64,000 nt of DNA. Origin: an uncultured Oligoflexia bacterium. Lineage in GTDB: Bacteria > Bdellovibrionota > UBA1018 > UBA6935. This document shows positions 9,798 to 18,464 of the stretch, in pieces. Under the pieces are notes generated by a model. It ran no database searches, was not told where the DNA came from, and saw only the letters and a program-made list of their open reading frames with translations. Each line of letters begins with the position of its first letter. Position 1 is the stretch's first letter. The stretch covers positions 93,601 through 157,600 of the forward strand of contig CAXGWU010000001.1 of NCBI GenBank assembly GCA_964013565.1, given 5' to 3'. The translations under genes were made by a program, and so were the position numbers.

Positions 9798-11288
9798 CTA
9801 TTTTCCTCTCATGAGTGCAATTGCATCTTCTTCTGAATCAATAAGATGAATTCTTCTTTTTAACCATTCAGGGTAATGATCAGAGATTAAGTTTTTAAGT
9901 AACGGTTTATAGAATTCGCTATTTATAAAAGCTAATTGAGAGCGCTTATTTGGATTTCCAGAAAAATCAACAAAAGTTGTTGCTAGTTCTTTCATCGTTC
10001 CATTGCCTCCAGGTCCTACAAAAATAAGGTCTTTGTCGTGCAGTAAAAAAGGAATTCGTGTTTCATAATCCATTGATTCAATGACAAATCTTTTATTGCT
10101 AAAAGAATAAGATTTCCCAATGATAATATCGATGGCAGTTCCTCCATTATCAATGCTTGCATTTGCTGCGGCTTCCATGAGGCCACCCCCCCCACCGCTT
10201 GATAAGATATATTTATTTTTTGCAGAAACTTTAGCTACGAGTTGAACTAGTTGTCTCCAGCGATAGTCAAACGAACTAGACCCAAAAAAAACCGCTTTTT
10301 TATGATCTTTCAAACTTTCAGAAATATAATCTATATCTTCAATTCCAGCTAAGTAATTAGAGATGATTAATTTAAAACTATAATCAAATTGATGACTAAA
10401 CTTTTCTTCGTTGAAAGGAATAATGCTTTTATATCTATTGGGACCCGGAGTAATAAAACTTAAGTCATTTTTAATTTTTAAGTATGAAGACTTAAATTTT
10501 CCTAATGCTTTGAAATTTAAAAAGTCTGAATCCCATTCATTTTTATAGTTAATGAGGAAATCTAGTTTATCGATTAAATGAAGAGCTAAGGCTGTAACAG
10601 AACGAGTATCACCTACTGACTTTCCTATAGAAAAAGCTTTAAGTCTTAAGTAAGGATTTTCAATTGCAATGATGTTTTCATTTAAATTTTCTTTATTTGG
10701 GTCCGCAGTAATGCCTACTCCAAGTTTCCCTAATGTTTTTTGTATATCTTTCGCTGATATTGAATCTGCATCGTAGAAAAATATTTGAGAAAAATTAGAT
10801 AGTGTTTTTTTGAGTGAATTGAGATCGACTGTGGTTGGGTAATCGGTGGTTCCAAAAAGAAGAGTGTATGGATTCATATTGGAAAACGAATCTAACCACT
10901 TAAATCTCATAAGATCTGAAAGAAATGATTTTGATTGATCTTTTCTATCTAATTTAAAAATTTCCTCTATTGATAATTCTTGAGGTTTACTACTTTTTGA
11001 TGGAAGTTTTCTATTCTTGTTTTCGTAATGACTATTGGAATAACCTTTATAAGAATATGGGCTGTCTGTATCTAGACTTGTAACTGGAGATTGATAATCA
11101 AATTGGTATGTGTTGTTAACAGCAATCTCACTTATATCAGGAACTTCATCAATTTTAGGTGGTTTGATTCCGTGAATTCCAAAAACTAAAGCGCATTGAG
11201 AAGAAAATAAATGGTCCAAATTAGAAGTAGCGTTGGATGTTAATGTATAGATGATACCTACTATAGATATCAAAAAAAGATTTTTCAT
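9798..11288 (-). CDS. secreted protein with a C-terminal LOG-family (TIGR00730-like) domain
   Basis: Signal peptide. The C-terminus carries AVFFGSSS… ILSSGGGGGLMEAAANASIDNGGTAIDII… RIPFLLHDKDLIFVGPGGNGTMKEL, which matches the LOG GGGxGLMxA and PGGxGTxxE motifs. Overlaps the upstream gene by 4 nt. Confidence 0.65.
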   Translation of the reverse strand: MKNLFLISIVGIIYTLTSNATSNLDHLFSSQCALVFGIHGIKPPKIDEVPDISEIAVNNTYQFDYQSPVTSLDTDSPYSYKGYSNSHYENKNRKLPSKSSKPQELSIEEIFKLDRKDQSKSFLSDLMRFKWLDSFSNMNPYTLLFGTTDYPTTVDLNSLKKTLSNFSQIFFYDADSISAKDIQKTLGKLGVGITADPNKENLNENIIAIENPYLRLKAFSIGKSVGDTRSVTALALHLIDKLDFLINYKNEWDSDFLNFKALGKFKSSYLKIKNDLSFITPGPNRYKSIIPFNEEKFSHQFDYSFKLIISNYLAGIEDIDYISESLKDHKKAVFFGSSSFDYRWRQLVQLVAKVSAKNKYILSSGGGGGLMEAAANASIDNGGTAIDIIIGKSYSFSNKRFVIESMDYETRIPFLLHDKDLIFVGPGGNGTMKELATTFVDFSGNPNKRSQLAFINSEFYKPLLKNLISDHYPEWLKRRIHLIDSEEDAIALMRGK

Positions 11289-13237
11289 TTTATGTCCCCA
11301 ATAAAATTTTTCTCACATTTTTCCTCAATATCTCCATTAATTACTTCTTTTATAAATGTTTTTTTTATGTGAAGAGATTGAGCCCATTTATTTCCGAGTT
11401 CATCTAAATAGAGGAGTCTAGTTTCGGTATCTGTGGTTGTCGGAATGAGATGACCGTAGTACCAAAGGCTCCACGTTCCATTGTGAAAATATAAACTATC
11501 TGGAGTTAAACCGTGAATATATAGATTTAAATGAACTAGATGATCAAAAAAATCCGCAAGTGCTGTCCATGCAATTGTTTCATGAATTGGAACCGCTGCT
11601 TTATTTGAAAGCTCTCTTAAAGAAACTCCTTGTGGTTCATCTATCGCAACAAAATAAAGACTGTTTCTTATCTTAGAAACAATAATTCTATTCTCTTGTA
11701 GGTGCAATAGCTCATAGTATGAAGGTGTTCCTGGGTCAAACCTAAAGATCACTTGTTTTAAATTTTTTTCTTTTTGAATGATTTCATATTTTTTCAATTC
11801 TCCAATGTTCACTTTTTTTGGCGAAGAATTAATAAAAGGAGGCTCTTTTTTTATGTCATTATTTTCATAATTTAATTCATTACTTTTTTTTCGTCTTTTC
11901 TTTTTGGGACCTTTTGAATGATTTTGGAAGTTTTGTTTATCTAGTAATTCTTTCCAAAATAAATCAATTTCTTTTTTTTTGCTTTTAAGTTCTTCTCTTA
12001 ACCATTTTGTTTTTAGTTTGTTTGAGTATTCATTTAGAGTTCTATGTTTGCTGAAAAAAGTTCTAATTGGTCCGCTATCAACTATTTGCCATTCTTTTCC
12101 ATCAAAAATAAGATTGTCAGGGTTTAATCCGGAGACATAAATGTATTTTTCAGAAGCTTTAATGAAAAATTTTTCTAGTGCTAATTTTTTTGGGTTATTT
12201 TTTGTGTCTAAAATTTTTTCATCGAGAATCGCTTCTCTTAATCGAGTTCCTTCAATGAAATTCATAAGTAGAGACTTTTTATCTGTACTCCATTTCACAT
12301 TAACTGAAGACAGACCGTTTTTTCTCCATTCTTCTGATAGCTCTATCTGTTTTTTGAAACTTTTTTGAATATCCGCACTATCGTTTACTGGAACTTTCCA
12401 AGCCCATAGTTCTCCATTTGAGTCCTTTAACTGATGAACTCTACCTGTTTTTCCAACGCCTACGGCTTCTTTTTCTAATGAGTAACCTTCCGGAATATCG
12501 ACCTCTTTAACTGAGTTAATGAGAGCTAATAATTTTTCCCAGTTTTTTTCTTCAATCAAATCTTTGGCATTTTGTAAGAACTTTCTCCTTTGGCTAACTT
12601 CGGTAATGGTATTGGCTTTTTTTAGAACTTGAAAATGAATTGGTTCGAGATCAATTTTTGGGAAAACATACCGACTCAATCGCCTGAGAGTTTTTGTGTT
12701 TGCTCGGCTTGTGATAATCCAAATTAATTCAAAATCATCTCTATAAGAGGATAGAGGAAGGATATGTTTTGTAAAAGATTCTAATTCATCTAATGGTATG
12801 ATCGCTGCTGTATAACGAAGAGAAGGAAGTAAATTTTTTTCATTACTTTGAGTGAATAGTTTAAAGAGTGTAGAAAAGTTATAAATTTTTTTGTCGCTTA
12901 AAATGCCAATTAGAACATTGTTATTGTTTTTTCCTTTTTCTGAATGCAAATATTGATTAATAATGATGTCTCTTAGACAGAAACTTTCTGTCGCTAGTTT
13001 AATATAAAATTTATCAGGTGGGTTGTTTTGTGATTTAATGATTTCATCAATGATAGCTATATTCATCGCTTTATATTCATTGCTTTTCGCCAAAGATAGT
13101 TTTTTTATAACCTGAGAAATCGCCTCCCACTGTTGATTTTCGATTAGTTTTTTGAGTCGATGTGGAACCACGGTTTGAGCATGTGCTGGTATGATAAAAA
13201 ACAGACAAGCTAAATATAAGAAAATTTGTTTTTTCAT
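11285..13237 (-). CDS. secreted protein with tandem protein-kinase-like domains (atypical, possibly pseudokinase)
   Basis: Signal peptide. Domain 1: Gly-rich loop VGVGKTGRV, Lys in WAWKV, loop SGLNPDNLIF, and DSG. Domain 2: HGLTPDSLYF. Both lack a canonical HRD Asp. Confidence 0.5.
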   Translation of the reverse strand: MKKQIFLYLACLFFIIPAHAQTVVPHRLKKLIENQQWEAISQVIKKLSLAKSNEYKAMNIAIIDEIIKSQNNPPDKFYIKLATESFCLRDIIINQYLHSEKGKNNNNVLIGILSDKKIYNFSTLFKLFTQSNEKNLLPSLRYTAAIIPLDELESFTKHILPLSSYRDDFELIWIITSRANTKTLRRLSRYVFPKIDLEPIHFQVLKKANTITEVSQRRKFLQNAKDLIEEKNWEKLLALINSVKEVDIPEGYSLEKEAVGVGKTGRVHQLKDSNGELWAWKVPVNDSADIQKSFKKQIELSEEWRKNGLSSVNVKWSTDKKSLLMNFIEGTRLREAILDEKILDTKNNPKKLALEKFFIKASEKYIYVSGLNPDNLIFDGKEWQIVDSGPIRTFFSKHRTLNEYSNKLKTKWLREELKSKKKEIDLFWKELLDKQNFQNHSKGPKKKRRKKSNELNYENNDIKKEPPFINSSPKKVNIGELKKYEIIQKEKNLKQVIFRFDPGTPSYYELLHLQENRIIVSKIRNSLYFVAIDEPQGVSLRELSNKAAVPIHETIAWTALADFFDHLVHLNLYIHGLTPDSLYFHNGTWSLWYYGHLIPTTTDTETRLLYLDELGNKWAQSLHIKKTFIKEVINGDIEEKCEKNFIGDIK

Positions 13238-15192
13238 TTTTTAAGGTTTCCAGGTGTTCCAAATAGGATTTGACATGTCGAAGTACTGTTAGAACTAAAG
13301 CTCTTATTTTTACGACTGTCATGATAAAAGAACTCTTTTAAAAAATTCATATCTGAAAGCATTTCAGTTTGAGTTTTGTCTGTAAAAAAATAAGTATAAA
13401 ATCCTTTATTGAGACGTGGAGTGTAGTCTACATTAACAATTTGCTCAGCGTTATCGACCTGAAAATTTGCGGCTTTGAAGTCTAACCAAATGTTTTGTTC
13501 TGCTGCAATTTTTTTTGCGATAAGCCATTGTTCCAATACCTGGTTTTTTATTTTTTTCGGTATTTCTTCAATTGGATTTTGAGAATATTTTGCTTCTAAG
13601 TTTTTTCCGTCAAAGTAAGTTTGTTCTACAATTACCCCTGTTGGATGTGCATAAAGTATTTTTGCATGCCTAAAATTTGGATAATTTTTTAGAATTCTAT
13701 CTTGTGTCCATTTTTGCAAAAGAGATTTACGTGCATTTTTTGGGTTTTTTGTAATTTTAATAACTCTATTTTTATCACTTAAAAATACTTGTACATTTCT
13801 ACCTTCTCCTAGATATCCTTTTAACTTATAGAGGACTGCATTATTAGAGGTTAGAACCATTGGGTAATTTGGATCATCGCTTTTTTTGATTTCCAGAGAT
13901 GAAAAAAAGTCATTTGCTCCCTCTAATGGTTCCAGATATTGCCAATCTTTCATAGCACTGAAGCCTTTTTGATGGACTTCAGATATTTCCTGAAATAAGA
14001 GTTCGTTTTTGTTTAAGTCTTTTTTGTTTTTTCTTATTTTTTCTTGATTTTTAGTGGTCTTCTTTTTTACTGGAATAATTGTTTCAGCAAGTCGTAGATC
14101 AGATACTAGTCCAAGGAGTGATATAACTTTTTGAGATAGTTTTATAGGTTTGTCACTATAAATATGAAGTGACGGTTTTGTTTTAAATTTTAGTCCTGTT
14201 TGTATAAACTTATGACGATGCTCTAGTAGATTGTGAACATGATCAGCATCCCAGTGATTAATTGCTCCTGGAATAGCGATTTGAAATCGTTGAATAGAAA
14301 AAAAATAATCAGTTTCGGTGAGTTTTTTAATAGTCTCTGAAGAGAGTTCTTCGTTGTTCCTGGTGTAATTGTTGATAATATCTTTAAAAGAAGAGTTTCC
14401 ATCTACTCTTTTTGATCTCAAATATCTGAAATCTACAAGTTTCAGGAATTGAGTTGCTTCAGATTTATTTAGGTTTTCACAAATGGCTCTTAAAATTGCT
14501 CTGGGAATTTTTCCAGACATACTTGAATCCATAAATACTAAGCCATTTTTTAATAATCTCTCTTTTGTTAGTCCGATGGAATTTAATAAATGGTAAATTT
14601 CAGAAGTTTGATGGTTGAAGATTAAGTCTCTTATTTTCCTTGATACATTAAGGGTGTAAAGAAAATTTTTATCTATAGATTTTTTTAAAGAGATAAAAAG
14701 ATATGGAGCCGTAAAGTCTCTTCCTATAAAAAATAAATTTTTATTATTAAAATCTCTTTTGATTTCATTTTCTATTTGAGCGATTACAGGAATGATGACT
14801 TCTGTTTCGTATTCTTGAGTGTAACGAATAAGTTGATCTGTTATTTTTTTAGAATCAATTGAATCTAAAGAAACAACACCGATTTTTTTGTCTAATTCAA
14901 GAGCACTATTTTTAAGTTTTGAGCGTTTATTTGACCAATGAAAAAAGAGTTCATTGAAAAACTGAGTTTTTTCTTGAGTCGTTAGAGTTTTAACTTCTTC
15001 TAAAATTAAATAGATGTCATTACGAATTGACTCTAAAATATCGGTTTGAATCCATTTTTTAAGAAATTCATCGTAGCTATTAGAGTTTTGGGCTTGAAGA
15101 GCTGATTCATAGTGATTTTCTATTACATCGCTGGAAAATACATTAGTCTCAGTAAAGCAAAATAATAGAATAAATAAAATTAATTTATTCAT
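13234..15192 (-). CDS. secreted protein with an N-terminal FxGRD-family domain and a C-terminal protein-kinase-like domain
   Basis: Signal peptide. N-terminus has NLFFIGRDF… VFMDSSMSGKIPRAILRAICE, paralogous to 8311 and 16931. C-terminus has LGEGRNVQVF (Gly loop), VIKITK (Lys), DFKAANFQV (catalytic-loop-like D..K..N) and VNVDY. Confidence 0.55.
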   Translation of the reverse strand: MNKLILFILLFCFTETNVFSSDVIENHYESALQAQNSNSYDEFLKKWIQTDILESIRNDIYLILEEVKTLTTQEKTQFFNELFFHWSNKRSKLKNSALELDKKIGVVSLDSIDSKKITDQLIRYTQEYETEVIIPVIAQIENEIKRDFNNKNLFFIGRDFTAPYLFISLKKSIDKNFLYTLNVSRKIRDLIFNHQTSEIYHLLNSIGLTKERLLKNGLVFMDSSMSGKIPRAILRAICENLNKSEATQFLKLVDFRYLRSKRVDGNSSFKDIINNYTRNNEELSSETIKKLTETDYFFSIQRFQIAIPGAINHWDADHVHNLLEHRHKFIQTGLKFKTKPSLHIYSDKPIKLSQKVISLLGLVSDLRLAETIIPVKKKTTKNQEKIRKNKKDLNKNELLFQEISEVHQKGFSAMKDWQYLEPLEGANDFFSSLEIKKSDDPNYPMVLTSNNAVLYKLKGYLGEGRNVQVFLSDKNRVIKITKNPKNARKSLLQKWTQDRILKNYPNFRHAKILYAHPTGVIVEQTYFDGKNLEAKYSQNPIEEIPKKIKNQVLEQWLIAKKIAAEQNIWLDFKAANFQVDNAEQIVNVDYTPRLNKGFYTYFFTDKTQTEMLSDMNFLKEFFYHDSRKNKSFSSNSTSTCQILFGTPGNLKK

Positions 15193-16880
15193 CTTTTATT
15201 CCTCTTTTTATTAAAGAAATAAATTTCTTCATCTAAAAGGCCAAAGCTGAAGAGGGTCTCTATAGTGATTTTTAATTCAAAATCGTTTTTGACAAAATGA
15301 ATTCTATCTTTAATGAATTGCGGAATTGATGAGCTGTCGATTTGATTTTTTAAGCCACTGTAATAGTCATCACCCACAAAAATGATCTCTAATTTTTCTT
15401 TTGGGTTTTCTAGAAGTTTTAGAATCGTTATCCAAAATTCTTTCATGGTTCCAGAGCCTCCTGGAACAAAAACAACAAGTTGTTTTTCGTGAAGAAGGAG
15501 AGGGATTCGGGTTTCATATCCACTACTCGAAACGGTAAGAGAATGATGTTCTTTTTCTACTTTTTTTTCTGTTTTTAGAGTGTGTTTACCCGTGATAGGG
15601 ATCCCAACTGATGGAACATGAGATGATATTGCTGCAGTATTTGAAGTTTTCATGGCACCGCCAGCTCCGCCAGTCGTGATGCTAATATCAAGAGATCCTA
15701 AGGCGAGACCAGATTTGAAAATAAGGTTCTCAAAAGGATTCTCATCCCTTCCCGTTCCAAAAACTGCAGCTCCTCTTACTCCTGTTAAATCTTCTTGTCC
15801 GATTAGAAGTTCAGTAACTTCTTTGACGATATGATCAATTTGATAATCAGAAAGGTCTGAAAGAGTTATTTTTTTTGGTTTAAATTGTTTTGTAATTATT
15901 GGGAAAATTTCTGTCTCAACGTGAGGAGAGGTACGAATAGGCTCTCCTGCAAGGTCAAATTCTTGATTAAAGTAACTTTTACTGTAGATAGGAGATGAAG
16001 GGATTTTTTTAATCGCTGTAGTAACGGTTGTAGCTTGATCAAAAATAGGTATTTCTTTAGTTCGAACTCCCATGTTTATGTTCATAAGATCTAAGTCTTG
16101 TTTCCATTGATGAAGAGAAAAGTTCCATTCTTTTTTTGGATCAAAAATAATGTCTATTTCATTATTGAATAATCCCGCAAATCCAGTTGTGGAGTCAGGA
16201 GTTGTAATTATTTTTTCCGAGGTGTTAAATAAAGCCTGTGCTCTTAAGTAGGTGTTTTTAATGTAAACTTGGCCTCTTTGTTTTGTTGGTTGATTAGAGA
16301 TACCAAAAGATGATTTTTGAGCTAGAGATTGAATTAGTTTAGCGTAAGGACTATTTGATTCGTAGAGGATAAAATATCCACGAGAAATAAATTGAGAAAC
16401 TAATTCGGTCAATTCAGTTTGCATTTGAGGATCAGGCTGTGTTCCAGAAGTCCCTGCAAGAATCGTCACTGTTTGTTTTGAATTTAGTTTTTTTAATCTT
16501 TCTAGGTTGAGGTGATCTTGAATGTACTGACCTTCAGTAGTTAATAATACCAATTCAAGTGCTTTTAGGTTTTTTTCTCTGTTTGTTTTTTTTAGACGTT
16601 GAATCTCTGAAGTTATTTGAGCTATTTGCTTTTTTACCGATTGATTTTCTTTTTTTCCAGAATTACTAAAAATTTTTTTTAGTAATCCTCTTTGTTTTTT
16701 AGAAATTTTTTTAGTATTTAAAGACGTTAATTTTTTTTCTAATTCTTTAATCCGTTCTGACTCCTGATTTAGACTAGTTAGTCGTTCTAATGTGGATAGA
16801 CGACTTAAAAAATTTTCTTCACATCCGGCTAAAGAGAAGTGATGGGCAATTAAAGTTAAAATAATAATAAGTTTTTTCAC
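15189..16880 (-). CDS. lipoprotein with a C-terminal LOG-family domain
   Basis: Lipobox LAGC after the signal peptide. C-terminus has AAVFGTGR… ISITTGGAGGAMKTSNTAA… RIPLLLHEKQLVVFVPGGSGTMKEF (LOG motifs). Paralogous over this domain to 9798-11288. Confidence 0.65.
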   Translation of the reverse strand: MKKLIIILTLIAHHFSLAGCEENFLSRLSTLERLTSLNQESERIKELEKKLTSLNTKKISKKQRGLLKKIFSNSGKKENQSVKKQIAQITSEIQRLKKTNREKNLKALELVLLTTEGQYIQDHLNLERLKKLNSKQTVTILAGTSGTQPDPQMQTELTELVSQFISRGYFILYESNSPYAKLIQSLAQKSSFGISNQPTKQRGQVYIKNTYLRAQALFNTSEKIITTPDSTTGFAGLFNNEIDIIFDPKKEWNFSLHQWKQDLDLMNINMGVRTKEIPIFDQATTVTTAIKKIPSSPIYSKSYFNQEFDLAGEPIRTSPHVETEIFPIITKQFKPKKITLSDLSDYQIDHIVKEVTELLIGQEDLTGVRGAAVFGTGRDENPFENLIFKSGLALGSLDISITTGGAGGAMKTSNTAAISSHVPSVGIPITGKHTLKTEKKVEKEHHSLTVSSSGYETRIPLLLHEKQLVVFVPGGSGTMKEFWITILKLLENPKEKLEIIFVGDDYYSGLKNQIDSSSIPQFIKDRIHFVKNDFELKITIETLFSFGLLDEEIYFFNKKRNKR

Positions 16881-16930
16881 CGTTTATTTAGTCCTTTTTT
16901 AAAAGTAAGATTTGCTTTTTTTAAAATGAT

Positions 16931-18463
16931 TTATTTTTTATCTATTTGTGTAAAAATTCGATTACATCCAGTTTTTGTAAGATAATCTGAGATGGTTTTA
17001 GTGTGTTCCGAAATTTTCCCTCCAAATTTGTCGGAGTTTTTAAATTCATCTTCTCTTTTTTCAAACATAGATCTGAATTTTTCATCGTTTTCATAAAGCT
17101 CCCGAATAGCTTTTAGTTGATCGTCAGAAAGAGAAGGAGTGTTGCCTAGGACATAACGATAAAGTCGTTTATAATCTCTTCCTTTAATTTTCTGAGAAGC
17201 TCTTGCTCTAGTGATAGCCTGCATAAATGGGACAATGATTTTGTCTTTAAAATCTGTATTTTGAAATTGCTTTAACCATTGAAGGTAGTGATTTCCGTTG
17301 TTTGAGAGTTTGTTTGTGATTTCTCCGGGTTCATTTAAAGATTGTTCTATTTCAAAAAGGTTTTTTAGATGTTCTTTAAGTTGTTCTTGTTTTTTCTCTT
17401 CTTGAAGAGCTAATTCTTTTTTTCTTTGTTTTTTTCTTTCATTGATTTGTTGTGACGTTAGTGATTGATAAAGTTTTGAATTTCCATCTAAATCAATTTT
17501 ATAGAGTTTTAGATATTCATCTAATTTGTCTTTAAATTCATTAGATTTAATGAGTTCGATAATTATATAAATTTCTTGTAAAACAGTTTTTTTTGAAATA
17601 TTCGAAAATTGCACGCCAGAAATTGGAATAAGTTTTTCGTTTATTTCTTTAAAACCTAGCCATGAATCATGCCACTCTGAAGTCCTATGATTTATCCTAA
17701 AAAAAGTTCCATAACTTGTGCTTAATCGTGGAACCGGTACGCCGTCTATATGAGATAGTGATGATACGTTTTCGAAAAAGTTTTCCTGATCAAAGTCTTC
17801 GTTGATAGTATGTTTTAGGTTGTTGTCGCTAATATTAACAAACGCAATTTTTCCAAGAAGATCTTTTGGGTCTTTTCCTAGATTTTTGTAGGTTTCATAG
17901 AGATATCTCATCGTTAGCCTGGATTGGCTTGCTTCTCCTCCTCCTCCTCCACTGGTATAAGTTGGGCTATAGCTACTAAAATCATAGAGAACCCAAGGGG
18001 CACTTTCTGTAATGGTATCGAAGTTAATGCCTAGAGACTGAGCATATCGAACAATGGTTTCTGAGGAAGAGTTTTTAAAACTTGGAGTACTTGCGTTGAA
18101 TCTTCCTGCGCGATTAGGCTCACCTCTCAGATAGTAAAACGCTTCCAGGGCTAGACTATTTTGGATGACATCTCTTCCAAGAGAAAAATATCTTCCTCCA
18201 GGAAAGGCTTTTTCAAAACTTACAATCATTCTGGCGATATTGTTTATAGCATTAGGGTAAGCATTAGCGATAAACTCTTGATTAAGCATTTTTTCATGAC
18301 TCGGCCATGGGTTGAGTACAGTGAGCATTTCTTCGATTGTGGGAACTGTTTTTTTTTGTACTAACTCATCAATTTGATTTTCTAATTGTGTTTGATCAGA
18401 AAAAGCAAAAGAAATGAAAAGAAAGTGGAGGCTAAAAAAAATAGATTTATTTATGAGTTTCAT
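16931..18463 (-). CDS. secreted hypothetical protein; FxGRD / hhhDxSxxG paralog family member
   Basis: Start chosen at the internal Met (MKLINKSIFFSLHFLFISFAFS signal peptide) so that it abuts rather than overlaps the Prs-like gene. Carries RYFSLGRDVIQ… WVLYDFSSYSPTYTSGGGGGEASQSRLTMRYLYE. Confidence 0.5.
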   Translation of the reverse strand: MKLINKSIFFSLHFLFISFAFSDQTQLENQIDELVQKKTVPTIEEMLTVLNPWPSHEKMLNQEFIANAYPNAINNIARMIVSFEKAFPGGRYFSLGRDVIQNSLALEAFYYLRGEPNRAGRFNASTPSFKNSSSETIVRYAQSLGINFDTITESAPWVLYDFSSYSPTYTSGGGGGEASQSRLTMRYLYETYKNLGKDPKDLLGKIAFVNISDNNLKHTINEDFDQENFFENVSSLSHIDGVPVPRLSTSYGTFFRINHRTSEWHDSWLGFKEINEKLIPISGVQFSNISKKTVLQEIYIIIELIKSNEFKDKLDEYLKLYKIDLDGNSKLYQSLTSQQINERKKQRKKELALQEEKKQEQLKEHLKNLFEIEQSLNEPGEITNKLSNNGNHYLQWLKQFQNTDFKDKIIVPFMQAITRARASQKIKGRDYKRLYRYVLGNTPSLSDDQLKAIRELYENDEKFRSMFEKREDEFKNSDKFGGKISEHTKTISDYLTKTGCNRIFTQIDKK

Positions 18464-18464
18464 T

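Noticed and set aside
12141-12368. Short ORFs antisense or embedded within large genes (e.g. 1077-1313, 12141-12368, 15652-15834, 18161-18364, 46360-46545, 53132-53413)
   Set aside because: Each is fully contained within a longer ORF that has clear homology or signal-peptide structure. These are typical spurious ORFs in AT-rich sequence.
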